This document shows, piece after piece, positions 26,389 through 38,874 of a stretch of DNA of 64,000 bases. The stretch comes from Lama glama (taxonomy: Eukaryota): assembly GCA_028534125.1 (NCBI GenBank), contig CM052818.1, forward strand, positions 46,998,001 to 47,062,000, read 5' to 3'. The notes below the pieces were generated by a model. The model did not search any database, was not told the origin of the DNA, and was given only the letters and a program-made list of their open reading frames with translations. The position numbers and the translations under genes were made by a program. The first letter of the stretch is position 1, and every line of letters starts with the position of its first letter.

Positions 26389-26548
26389 TCCCAGGTCAAG
26401 GTCCTATAAGAAAGTGGTGGGACCCTGACACGTGGGGATGGGTGCTCTGGGCAGTGGGATCCTTGTCCCCTGGAGCCTCTGAACCCGCAGAAGTGGTCCA
26501 CTCCAGCTCGGGAGAAGACGTTGACGTTCTTTTCTCAGTGGTCTTACA

Positions 26549-26867
26549 GAAGGCATCAAGTCTTCACTCACAGTCCTCAAACAAGTAATGGAGGGGAAGC
26601 TGAATGCAACCAACGTAGAGCTAGCCACAGTGCAGCCTGGCCAGAAAGTCCACATGTTCACAAAGGAAGAACTGGAAGAGGTTATCAAGGACATTTAAGG
26701 AAGCGTGAGCCTCGGAATTTCTCGGGGACAATCTCAGTTCTCCTAATTGCCCTTAACTTTTATTTTCAGCTCCATGTCCTTGGATATCCTCCAATGTTTG
26801 TGCTTTTTTTTTTTAATGATGTCTGTACATAAAGTTCTGAAATAAAAAATATATATACAATAAATAA
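26549..26867 (+). pseudogene. PSMA5: 5'-truncated processed pseudogene of proteasome subunit alpha type-5
   Basis: 26549-26698 translates to [49 protein letters not shown], versus the recalled PSMA5 C-terminus [49 protein letters not shown]; then UTR, AATAAA at 26841 and a decayed A-tail; possible TSD AAGGCA at 26550-26555 and 26866-26871. Confidence 0.93.
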
Positions 26868-29800
26868 GGCAGGCATCTTACAAAACAAAACTTGCCCCCT
26901 TGGGATCCAGCCCTGTCTTCATTCAAGACGAATGATGAGGGCCAAATCTCAGCACAGCCTGACAGGGGCTGAGCTCGGCTGGCCCAGGCAAATACGGGCT
27001 ACATGACAAAGGAGCTGTAGGATCTAGCTAATTTGTTCCCGAAGGACCCAGGAGGATATTCATGGGACCAGGTCAGAGTATAGAACATAGATTTGAATGA
27101 GAGAGAGTTCAGTGATGGGGGGCACTCTCCTTGGTACAGGATTTCACATCTTGGCCAGGATCCCTGAGACAATGCTAACCCTCTGCTAGGATGGTGCTTG
27201 AAAGCCTGGAGGAAGCAATGACCCATCTAGGAGGATGGTGGAGGAAGGGACCAAGTGGCCCAGAGAAGTGGACATGCTGGAGTGGATGTATTCCCAAGAT
27301 GGGCTGGAGGGCTTCCTGTTTGCAAAGCAATGCCCTGGGAAGAGTGGCCCCAGCACCATCCAGAAGCTCAGGGCTGGCATGGCTCTGTGGGTCAAGCTGA
27401 CAGATGATGAAATCACAGAACTGGTTCTTGGGAGCAACAGGGAGGAGAGGATCCTGAGATGACAGAGGCCAGAAGTGAGGTGAAGGCAGCGATCACAGTG
27501 AGAGACCAGACCAGTGGCGCCCTAGTGGTACCCTGCCCTGAAGACAGCCTACGGGGTGGCAGGTGGACACATTGCTCCTAGAGGTGAAACAGTTGGGCAG
27601 TCAATGAGGGTCACATTTGATTTAAATAATTAAAGGCAATCAAGCATGAATAATCACAAGGATGAACAAAGCCACCCCAAAAGACAGTCAGGGTCTCTCG
27701 CCTAGTTTCTTGAATTGCACTGGTTCTAAGACCCAGAGCCCACGGATGAAGGAGAAGAGGCGTTCCTCCCAGGAAGGGCCCTGCAACATGACAGCAAATA
27801 TAGATTCACCAGTGCTTCCCCAGTGCTTCCCCAAAGGGATGCAGCCCATTTGTTCAGGCAAAAGTGCACTGGGGAAAGAGGAGTGCCTGAGCTTTTCAAG
27901 GACTGTGGAATTTATTTTGAGATTTGGGGACCCCAAGGACCACCATGGCCCTCCTGTTAGAGTGCAGAGCAGGGAGTCAGGCAATAAGTGGACTCCTAGC
28001 TCAGGTCCGCCTCACAGTGAGACCCCTGGGTCCACGGAGGTCCTTGGTCCTCAAGTACCACTGGGAACAGATGTGCTTGGTCTTTGGCGTGATCTGCCCG
28101 TTGGTTCCTTTGCCCACAGTAAAGCAGTGCTGTAGTGGGGCAGACCCTTCCCCTCACAAGACAGTAAGTCATAAACATGATCACATCTCGTGTTGGGGCC
28201 GGGGTGCAGAGGTGAGTGCCACCCTGAGAGACGGAGAATGTGGGCTGGTGGTCCTTGTCAGAGCCCCACTGAATTCACAAACCAGATAAACCACAAGAGA
28301 CGACAGAGAACCTCCACAAAGTGAGTCCAGAAGAAGCTCCTTTGCAGCTGCTCTGCCAGATACAACTTTTTTTTTTTTCTGCTAAAGAAAATCATCACCA
28401 CAGACTCTGGCCTATGGGAGGAAGGCATTGATCTGGGGAATGCGTCTTTCCCATCTCTGAGAAAAGGAAGATCAGAAGCAGTTCAAATTTACCTGAAACA
28501 AACTAAAGACATTTGTATGGTCCTGCTACAGGTCTGTGTTAACTTTCATACCCTTTGCCATTTAGTCTGAAGTCACCTGGACCTTCTGGACACCCCACAG
28601 GGTACCACGTGCATCCACGACAGCGATGCGTCATGTGCACTGGACCAGATGAGCGAGAACCGGTGCGGAGGTTGGGGGCCTCGGTAAGACGCATGACCAT
28701 CAAAAGCCGGGAGGTAGCCCTGCTAGGACTCCGAGGTCTGCTGCAGCAGTGCCGTTTTGAGGGATCCAGAGACTGGGCTTGCTGGGGTAGTCCCTCCAAA
28801 GTAAGGAAGGACAGCATTTCGTATCTCCCATCATTGAAAAGACACCCCATGCTTAGCAGGCGTCTTCAGATTTTAGAAGCAGCATGTTCTGCCCCCGGGA
28901 ATAGAGCTCCAACCCATTTCTGGGTGATAGGGATAGCTGCCATCTTAGAGCAGGACCCGGAGAGGACAGCGCTCCATAGCAGGGCAGGTGGCAGTGTGAG
29001 TGACCCTGTCACCTGTGCCGTACAGCCTGGCCAGCTTGATGGTGCGTGGCCAGTCTCTAGAGAGATGGATGATGGGGAAAGACGCCATGTGGTGCTTATG
29101 GCAAGCCTGGGAGAGTCACTGGGTAGCTCCTGGACTTCTGGAGAGAGGCCATGTCATCAGTGGCAGAGAAGTACACGTCACGGAAAAGGGGCTCCCGGCC
29201 AGCTCCTGGGCCCTGGGGGAGACAGGGCGCTTCTCTTTAGAATGTCGCGTGACCACATGGCCAAGCTGGGCTCCGTCAGACCCACTAACTTATAAGACAG
29301 GATGGGCTCATCATAAGGGGAAGTGAGCGATCCAGGACTGGGACATCTCTGGCATGAGCAGAGTCAGACAGAACGAGGAAGATGCACAGACAGTTGGCTG
29401 GACCCCACATCATCCACCTCCACTGTTCTGGTGTTTCTCCACTCACACGGATGGCCCTCGGTGGGGCCACAGCGACACTCTTCAGGGATGGTCTTGGAAG
29501 ACAGCCACAAGGAGGGCTTGTCCAGGGGCACATATCCTGGCAGATCACCTGGTCATCCGCTTTGTAAGGGAAGGGAAACGGCCTGAGATAAGAATACACG
29601 CCATGTGACCCTTATGGCCAAGCTTGTGGACAGGTGACTATTCTGGAAGGAGGAAGATTGGCATATGGGAGACAAGGAGGTGTGGGGAAGAGGCCTGTGG
29701 ATGGACTTCTGGGAGTGAGCACAGAGTGTGCACGGATCTGTGTGTCACACAGCAATGCCCAGCGAAGTGCGTTCACGATGGACCACAGAAGAGGCGGTAA

Positions 29801-30009
29801 AGAACCAGACAGAGTGACTGGGCCAGTGGACGCCAGTTAGCCTGTCATCACACCCCCCAGTGCAGGTACCACAGATGCCACGGCTGCAGAGATGAAGGCT
29901 ACACGTGGGTCTGTCTGGAGGACTTCCACTCACCAAGGCGATCTGAGTGCTGCTGGATGTCAATTCAACCAGCAGCAGAGACTGGAAACACTGAGGACAG
30001 CTCATGTTC

Positions 30010-30270
30010 AAGTTACTGGCTGTCGTCAGGGCACAAAGGCCCAGCCGCCATGCCCCAGCATGGAAAGGACCTGAGGGACCATCTCCCGCCCCAGAGCTCC
30101 CTGCAGGAGGCTGGGATCCAGGTGCCGCCTTGCTGAGGTCCTCCGCCCCCGCCCCACCCTCCCTCCCTCTCCTCCTTAGACACGTGTCTCCTGAGAACAC
30201 TTCCCAGTGGACCTTCTGGGAGCAGTTTTGCACCTCAGACTCTGTTCCCATGGAATACAGACTGGCTTTC
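30010..30270 (+). mobile_element. 3' LTR (5'-deleted) of ERV-L provirus, LTR16-like
   Basis: ACAAAGGCCCAGCC, CCAGAGCTCCC, GAGAACACTTCCCAGT, CTCAGACTCTGTTCCC; collinear with the distal half of the 5' LTR. Confidence 0.78.
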
Positions 30271-31751
30271 GAGTTCCAAAGCCTAGGCCTTTGGGATGCT
30301 GGACGACATCATGGAATATCCAAGATTTGGGGAGAAAAGTCATGAGTAAGAGTAACAGATAGCTCCCTTTCAGACAAAAACAGAACAACAACAACAAAAA
30401 AAAATTAGGGCAAAAAAGTTCCCCAGTGAATTTTCTTTTAGTATTATGTTGTTAACCCTCTTTATCCCAACTGATGTTTTTGCTATTAAATCTACTTTTT
30501 TCCCTGATGTTAATATAACTATTTGGTTTTATTGGTAGCATCTGAAAAGTCCAAAAACCTTTAATGAGTGAGTTTTATTTTTGTTAATGTTAATCAGGTA
30601 GAAAGCTTATTTTTCATTACAGATTCCCAAAGGCGTTGCTAGCTCCCAGCCCTGTCTGCCCAGCGCCCAGGTGGTCTCCTGTGGGCGTACGCATGGGTGT
30701 TTCTTCCCTTACCCCTTCACAGAAGGGCTGGCGTCCTCCAGATCCCAGGTCTGTGGAAGGGGACCTGGACTTTCTCATAAAGGCCATGAAAATGAAAGTT
30801 CATCATATCTGCTCTCAAGGCAAAAATGATTTCACTGCCACTCATGCTCCTCTTTGTTTCCAAATTTCCCTTAGCTTTTGGCCTGAGAATTTCTTATTAT
30901 GTCATGAAGATGTGTTTAAGAATTAAAAAAAAATTCATAATTTTTAGCTGTTTTGAGTACTTAGTCTAAGCACTTAGCCTGTCATGCTTCTGGAAACAAA
31001 ACTCCGAGAGGTGCATTGTTAAAGAAAAAAATGATTGATAGTGGTGGAACTTCACCATCCGCTCGCTCTGCATGCGCACAGAACATGCTTCACTGATGTG
31101 AAGTGCGCATTCACCCTGAACTTGGCAGGACGGGCTATAGGATTCTGAAGCTCCGTCATGTTCATTTTAATTAATTTCATGAGAGAAAGAGAGAGAGAGA
31201 GAGGCTCTTCACTGTTGAAAGGATGGAAGCAGGTTACCAAACAATTTCAGCAATTGATTTGCATCATACAATTGAGACAATAAAATTGAGAATAAATTAA
31301 AGCCACTTAAACAACTATTTTGTGGGACAAATATGTAAGATTTGAATATTTATGATGGTAAACCAGATTAAGATGCTGAATGCTTTTGTCTAATCTGTCA
31401 TCAATGAAGCAAAGCTCTCAGGAGTAAGTTATCAAGTTTTTATCATGTGTTTTGATTCAATAGAAATAAACTAATCACATTTTCATGGTTACAAAACAGT
31501 TCATCAAATGGGGGAGGCAGTGAAAGCAGCCTTCTCCTCCAGAAACATATGGTTAGCAATGCAGACTTAGGAAAATCGGGTCATAGCTCAATATTTAAAT
31601 TAAATAAAATCTCCAAAGGCCAAGAAATAATAACAGATTTTATATAGCTGATGAGAAAGCTTCATGGTGAGTTTTCAAAAAACTAATAACTGAAACTATT
31701 TTAATGTTTCAAAATTGTCCCAAAATAACCTTGAATTTACAGTGCTTGTCT

Positions 31752-31897
31752 GTTTTTTTTTAATTTTTTTCAGGGAAGAGGTAATTAGATTCATTTATTT
31801 TATTATTATTAATATTTTTTAATAGAGGCACTGGAGATTGAACCCAGGACCTTGTGCATGCTGAGCATGCGCTCCACCACTGAGCGCCACCCTCCCC
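31752..31897 (-). mobile_element. tRNA-derived SINE (vic-1-like)
   Basis: Minus strand GGGGAGGTGGCGCTCAGTGGTGGAGCGCATGC...GGTCCTGGGTTCAATCTCCAG...TCTAATTACCTC plus poly(A). Confidence 0.88.
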
Positions 31898-32720
31898 GCT
31901 ATGGTGCTCATTAATTCCTTGGGATGGTCCTGCCTGCTGTCGACGTCCTAGAAACAGGCTTTATCTTTGGGATTCTCTTCTTTTTCTCCAAAATACAAGA
32001 TAAGACATTTAGGACAATTTCTTCTGGAGAACATGAGAAAACCCATCTCTTCTTTCACTCTCCTGCCTTGGATTAGCGATGCTTCCACTTTGAAGTGGAT
32101 TCTGCACTAAGGACACACTCAGTTGAAGATGGGACCTGAGGGCAGTGGAGGAAACTAGGACTCGGTAAGTCCTTGCTCTGACCACTGGCAAGTGGTAGAT
32201 CCTGTGTCTGCTCAGCCGGGTGGCAATGTCAACAGTGTCTCTGTACTCTTCCAGCCTCCAGACCCCTCCCTTTCCTTACTTTGGTCATCATGTCTTTGAA
32301 TAGTGCTCTATAATATTCCTAGTAAATGTCTTATAAACATTTTGTTATATTTTGTTATTTTTAGTCACCTTACATTTTATTGTTGCTTAAAAAAATAAGA
32401 TACTATGTTCTTTTGAAACTTAAATTGTATTGCTTTCTGCTGGTATTGATTTTTAAATTGATTTTTTGTATTCCAAAGGCTTCATAGCTAATAATTTATT
32501 TTAGATTTTCTAGGATTTTTTTTTCTAACAACCTGTCTATTGCTTTCCACTCATTACCCTTCTTTCCAAAAATACCTGTGTAGTAGTAATAACCATTCAA
32601 ATTTACATTGGGTTTTTTATGGGTTAGATACTCTTCCAGCACCTTGTATGTATTAAGTCTTTTCATCCTCATGGCAATTCTATGAAGTAAATAATATTAT
32701 TATTCCTATTTTATTGGTAG

Positions 32721-33156
32721 AGCTAGAGAAAAAATTATTCTGACACTTGTTAAAATGGTAACGGAGACTTAATTTGGGACTATGACAATAGGTGTGAGAT
32801 TGGACTCAACTCCAAATGTAGCAAGAACAAGTGGGGAGCAGAATGAGGAAGCATTTATGGATGGAAAATTACTAAGAAGATACACCAAGGGGCAGAGGAT
32901 TCTTGTGAAATTGACTTAACAAGATTCTTGCTGAAGGCAGGTCAAGAATGTAGACAACGGTAGGGGAGAAAGCTTGATCGGATATAGAGACTGGTTAGGT
33001 ATCAAGGGTGGGGAGAGTTTCCCTAAACTGACTGAGCAAAATTCTTGCTACAACTGGGTTAGGCTGGCCCAAGGCCGTACCCAAGGACAAGGCTAAGTTG
33101 AGAAGAGGGCTTGTAGGAGCCTGATTAATGTTTGATCAAGGAGGGGGTCTTTGTTG
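32721..33156 (-). mobile_element. MER31-like ERV1 solo LTR inserted into a MIR
   Basis: Ends AAAAATTATTCTGACACTTGTT and GATCAAGGAGGGGGTCTTTGT resemble reverse MER31; TSD GTAG at 32717-32720 and 33157-33160; the MIR core continues across it (CCTATTTTATT | GCAACTGAGG). Confidence 0.8.
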
Positions 33157-33299
33157 GTAGGCAACTGAGGTAGAGAGCAGTTAAACTTGCCCGAGATGGC
33201 TCAGCCGGTACGGAGCAGAGCCACATGTGATGCCCTGGTAATTGGCTCTAGGGTCACTGCTTTCCACCCCTCTAATGTGACGGATAGTAGAGGCGGGTG

Positions 33300-33620
33300 T
33301 GGGGACTCTCACCTTCCTACTGACATTAATGGGACTGAGGCTCAGTTTGCACTGTTTAGTATGATATTGATACTTGCTGAAAGTCAGGCTAAATACCATT
33401 TATGTAGTTAAGGAAATTCTTGTATATTGCTGTGAAGTGTTTTTCATAATCTGAAAGGAATTTCAAATTTTATTTGATAATGTTTCTACATCCATTGAGC
33501 TAATTTATGACTTTTTCCCCCCTTAAATCTGTTAATGTGGTGAATGACACTGATAGATTTTCTGATATCGAACCATCCTTGTATACTTAGGGTAAACCCT
33601 ATGGGTCAGAGTAGAAATAC
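33300..33620 (-). mobile_element. Old L1 (L1M) ORF2 fragment
   Basis: TCTGTTAATGTGGTGAATGACACTGATAGATTTTCTGATATCGAACCATCCTTG typical of antisense old L1 RT region. Confidence 0.7.
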
Positions 33621-35869
33621 ATTTCTTATAAATCTTAAATATCTTAATCTAGCTTTGATTTTTGAGGCAAGTTTCCAAGCTCTGTTTTATTTTGTTTCAT
33701 TTTCCTTTAGTAGGGTCCCTGAGAAGCTATTGATAAGTATTTTTGTGACTGCACAGCACTAAACTATCATTTTCCGTTGCTTAGAAAGGTATAATTTACA
33801 ATTTAATGTTAACATAATATTTAGATTAAGCTATGTCGATTTTGTATTTTATCCCCATCAAGGTGAGTAAAGGGACAAAGAGCTTTCCTTGAATGTTTAA
33901 AGATTTGCTTGATTGGTTCTGAGTCTGTCATCCATGATGCAGGAACTGTAATGATGCTCTTGTCATTTGCTTTCCTTTATGGAAACTGTACAAGCACTCT
34001 GGCTTTGCAGGTCGTGACCATACAGTAAAGTGTGAAGGGACCTTGCTGTGTGTCACTTGTTAGAGAGGTCCTTGTAGCATGGGACCAGGAGACCTGCAGT
34101 TTGGGGTTTAGAAGACCTGGATTGGAGGCTTCTCTGACTTAACAATGAACACTGTGTAACCTCTCGTAACCTCAAACACCCAGCATCCTTGGCTGTAAGA
34201 TGAGTACCACAGCAATCACCACCCAGCCCAACACGTGCTGTGTGGCTAGAATTAAATGAGACCTGCATGTACGTAAAAGCCCCTTTGAAACTCAGTCTCC
34301 AAAGATGAGATGCCACCTTTTCCGTGGACACAGTCAACAGGAGGAAAAGCCAGTAGCCTGATAGCCAAGGAGCAAGTGGACAGACAGGAGCCCTTCCATC
34401 CACGTTCCTGCTGAACTCTCTCTGCAGCTCGACTCCTGGGAAGCCTGGCTACTGAGACACATGATTTCATTCATTTTGCAAAATAGGTCCTAAGATTGAA
34501 ATCCTGGTCTGACTGTGCTTGCTCTTCTGGTTGGATTCAGATCCTGGGGGTAGAGAGGGTCAGTTTCACACCCTGTGATTACTCTTCCTTTTTCCCCATT
34601 CGCTTGACTTTCTCCTCCAAAGGTGCATTTTTGGGGTGCTGGGATTCTTATAAAGGGGCTCAACTGCATACATTCTCACGTTCTGGTTTTGTTTGTTCCA
34701 AAGGGAAAAAATGAAAAGAAACTCACCTTCCAGCGGAAAATCATGCCAGGGTGGAGTCCAGAAGCACTTGGCGCAGTAGACATGTCCATCTCTGTTTGGA
34801 TGTACACGGACCAGACTTTTCTCCACCCACCACCTCGCTTGTCACTCTCCAGTGGTGTGGATGCCGCTCCCAGAAGCCCGCAGTGATGGAGGGCGCCTCA
34901 GGACCGAAGAGAGTGCCGGCTACCTTGTGAGCCTTCTCGTCGTTGTCATGACGGGTAACGCCGTCACCGCGCCGGCGTGTGTTAGTGGGACGGTTCTCTT
35001 CTCCTCGTTTCTTGACGTGACAAATCTGAAGGGGAAAAATACAGAAACAGAAGGGCCTGTGTCTCTACAAATGTGTTTGGAGGCCAATCAAGTGGTGCAT
35101 TTCTCTTCAGATGCTTTTTGAGTTTTGGTCCTGGACTTTGAGAGTAAAAATCGGATGCCTCCTTTTTGCAAAGGGCCGTTACCGTGACTCCCCCGTGGGC
35201 TGGTTTCATTGGCACAAAAGGCGAATCCTGGCTCAGACGTACTGACTCATTGGTCTTTAAGGAATTCCCTCCTTGGCACTGAAGAGTGATGTAGTGCAGG
35301 TTTAATTAAAGTGGAGACTTACAGTTGATGTTAATTTAGTGGTACAGTCAACTTTCAATTATCCTTGCGGCTGAGAGATGGGGTGGCCTGGACCATCCAA
35401 ACTGATGAATAGCCTAAAATATGTTGTACTTTCCCTGCTAAATGCAACGGGATTGCTGTTCCACTTTTGCTTCAAGGGGCTGATGTTGAATGATCGTGGA
35501 AGTGGATTTTGGGGAAATGGTGCTCCAGCGTGGGGAGGAAAGGCAGTGGCCTGCCAGGCATGTATTAGGTATGGTACCTTGGTAGCTTTTTGAAATGTCC
35601 CAGATACATGCGAGGATTTATAGATGAGAAAACAGATAGAGTTGAAAGATGGTTCGAGGTCATTTACTAGAAATTAGTAGAATAAGTGGTTCTCTGTTTC
35701 TCAGTCCAACCCATGTGTTGAACAGAAGGGAAAAAAATGTTTTAATGCAGACCCGAACTGCAATGTGCTTTATCCTTAAGAGACAGTGTAAATTCTCTCC
35801 TGAGTGTGTGCTGCTTTCTTTTTAGGAAAAATTTTTCTATGGGATAATAGCATGGTTTGGAAGAAAACA

Positions 35870-35965
35870 GCAAATGCAGAATCTCAGACCCACTGAACCC
35901 AAACCTTCATGCAAACGAATACCCAGAACATCCCCAGATGATTCATCTGCACGTGAAAGTCTGGC
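35870..35965. mobile_element. MER5-like hAT fragment
   Basis: AAATGCAGAATCTCAGACCC...CCCCAGATGATTC...GAAAGTCTG; similar fragment at ~58645-58732. Confidence 0.55.
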
Positions 35966-37099
35966 CCGGAACACACAGGTGTCGGGGTGGAGTGTGGAGA
36001 GGGGTGATTGGAAGGTCGGAGTGAGGGTCATGGCGGACAGGAGGGTTGACTGGTATTTCAGATGTTTGCCAGGTAGCCCCTCCTGTAACGAGGCATCAGA
36101 GCTGCGAGTGGAAGGCGCACTCCCTGAGCCCAGCCAAGCCTAGACCTTCAGGCTGCAGGTGGGCCGAGCAGTGCACCTTTCCCTCACCCTGAGCCCCTGT
36201 CTCTAGACTGATGCCCCAACTCCAGTCTGGTCCGCTTCTGGATTCCCTCTGTCCCCGCGCCCCTCTCCAGCTGCCCAACTGCGGGGGAAGCATTCGTTCT
36301 CTTTCTTCTTCCTCTTCTGCGCCCTTGCGTTCACAGTGTGCCCATGTGGTCACATTTGCTGTTTAGCTCGCGGATCGCCTCGTGCTGGAAATCAAGGGGG
36401 AGGAACGTTATCTGGGGATACGGGACTCTGATGCTGGAATCATGCAGGCGTGGCGTTGCCATGGGGCGGACTTGACTTCTCCATCGAGAAGGGGAGTGTT
36501 TCCATCAGTGGATCCTGTTAGGTGGAGGTACCACTGAATGCGTGGGAGAAAGTTGTGGGTGGGGCGGGGTGTGTTATGTTCTGTGTCTCTTGTAGCTCAA
36601 TGCTGGGAAGCATTTGCATAAATTTTGGGGTGGTGGCTCAGCTCACCCCTCCTTATTTGGGGGGAGGCTTCATGATGCCCTGAGAGCAGGCCTGTCCTTT
36701 TCCTACGACCAAGTCTGATTCAACCTGGCCTTGTCTGAGGCAGACACTTCTCCTGAGGGAGGTGAACCATGGAACAAAGAGGCCCTTTGGGGTGACTGGG
36801 CTGAAGGACACTGATCACATGACAGGACTTCTGTCTGTGCCCCGACTGGAGCAGGACGATAGTGGGAAATTAACAGGAGACTCCTTGTGTCCCTGCTAGA
36901 CTCGGCCCTGCATGTTCCACTCATGACAGAGTGATGGCTCGCACCTCGGCACATCTGACCTCCGCCCTGCCTAGTGCTCCCGTGCTGGAGCGCCACTCTC
37001 CCCAAAATCCACGTTCATGACCATGCAACATACTGTCCAGTGAGGAAGATGGATATTAATGAAATAAACCCCTGAAATAAGTGTAGGTGTGACTAGTGG

Positions 37100-37400
37100 T
37101 TTGAAAGGAAGGGTGTGCAGAGCTATGAAGGGTATAAAAGGGGAGCGAGCCGGCGGGGGGCCGAGGAAAGCTCCCCGGGAGGGGTGGCAGCTGGCTGGGG
37201 TCTGCGGGCTGAGCGGGAGCGCGCCGGACGTGCGGGCGGGGAAGGCTCCCCGGGCAGGGCAGCGGCGGGGACGGGGCTCCGTCTCAGAACCCCGGACAGG
37301 GTGTGGCGGGGGCTGAAAGTGGACTGGCGGGGACTGAGGCCCAGACAGCCCAGGGCAGTCGGGGGAAGGCAGTGAGATGGCAGAAGAGGTGGGGGCTACA
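37100..37400. promoter_or_regulatory. CpG-rich patch with canonical TATA box, apparently on an L2 relic
   Basis: TATAAAAG at 37133-37140 followed by ~180 bp dense in CpG and GC boxes; backbone resembles antisense L2. Confidence 0.4.
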
Positions 37401-38874
37401 TTAAGGACTTTTAAACGCAGCAGGTGGTGGCTGGGGTGACCAGTCCGTTTTGTCCAGAGCGAGGGAGGGTTAGGAAGAAATAAATAAGCAAATATACAGG
37501 GTCATTTTGCAACTTGGAGGAAAAGATTAATGTAGAAACCAAATAGCAAGCAGGCCTTTTAAAGATCAAGGCAAAACCGTGTGGTGACTAAAACCAGCAC
37601 TCCCCTGCGGTGTTTACTGCCGTGAACACCCTTCGGAAGGGGCCGGAGAAAAAGTTCTCCAAACTCGAGTCCAGGCCCCGAAAATGCACACGCATAGAGT
37701 TTGCAGTGGGAGAGGGTTTTCAACGTTGGCAAAATCACGACTCTGTGGGGCGCATTGTCCTTTTTTTAGACAGAATGGAAAGAAATGTCTTTCACCAGGA
37801 AAGCCGCAACTTCATTTCTCTAAGCAAAAGTCAAGGTTTGAGCATCGTTTCAAGATGATTATTTACAGCTCAGCAGATGCTCCCACGGCGCCCTTGGCCC
37901 TGGCAGTGCCTTTGCGCTCTCTCTGGCTGGCTCCTGAATTTCCTGATTTCATTAGGAGATAAGAGGGCCGAGGCTGGCCTCTGATGCTCGGGAGAAATGT
38001 AAGCCCATTAGCAGGTCATTGTTGAAGTCAGGACTCGCCCTGGTAAGCTTCTTAGGAAGCCAGTGGTAGCCAGTGATTCAAGGATTAACCTGGCTGGGTT
38101 CTCTGTGCATGTGCGTGTGCGTGTGCGTGTGTGTGTGTGTGTGTGCAGAGGACAGGCACCGGGCCTGCTGAAGAGAACCTGTGCATGATCAGCCCTCGAA
38201 CTTGTGTGTGACATGACCGACACCAGCGATGATGTTCCCTTTCCTTTTTTCTTTCTTTCTAAGTTTGTGGTTCCAGTTCGAAATGCGCCTGGGACTGAGG
38301 GCTGCATTTCGAGGGGCAGGGGAGGAGGCTCTGTGAACTTGGCATCTGTAACAAGCTGGGCTCAGAGGGTGGACGGGGAGTGACCACCAGCTGCTCCCGC
38401 GTGGCCCACCAGGTGGCCAGTGGGTGTCACGGGCTGTGCTGTGATGTGATGTGGCCTCAGAGAGATGCTGTTCTATTCAGAGCAGCCGCCGGAGGCTTGG
38501 TCCTGACCTTTCCTCCTGGGACAAGACGGGGAAAGTCTGGCTAACAAGCGGGGAACCACTGTTAAGTCTTGAGAAAATCCTGTCAACAGGACAGAAGAGG
38601 TTTTCTTTGGCGTTGACGGCTCTGAGTGGCCGTGGGGGGATGGAGGCAGGAAGGGGACTGGGTCACCTGTCTCGCCTCCTGGTGTGCTCCTCTTGGTGTT
38701 GGCCACGCGGCAGTCAGCTAATACCTCACACGATGTTCACACGATCACAGGGTGGAGGGACTTTAAGGGATTGTTGGATGCAAGTGTGCAGAGGTGTTGC
38801 GCTCAGAGGAAGGCGGGCCGCTGCACGTGTTTCCGAGGAAGAAAGAGGCTCCAGGGATGGCAGCCAAAGATGGG

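Larger units (their letters stand above)
25821..30005 (+). mobile_element. Decayed ERV-L internal region (gag-pro-pol; ERV3-16A3-like)
   Basis: Frameshifted relics in the correct order: gag WDPDTW and VEEGTKWPREVDMLEWMY; protease region VHWGK, GDPKDHHGPPVRV, GLLAQVRLTV; RT region AEVSATL..PLNS, IDLGNA, QKQF; RNase H HTDG..., HLVIRFV, GDKEVWGRGLWMD; integrase start GLPLTKA. Confidence 0.88.

Noticed and set aside
28555..29295. Longest ORF (246 aa) as a gene or domesticated pol
   Set aside because: It drifts in and out of the ERV-L pol frame, has no intact YxDD motif, starts at TTG, and the surrounding pol is full of stops and frameshifts
36367..36521. Stop-free stretch after TTTAG (LADRLVLEIKGEERYLG...) as a coding exon
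   Set aside because: Weak acceptor and donor, and no recognisable homology
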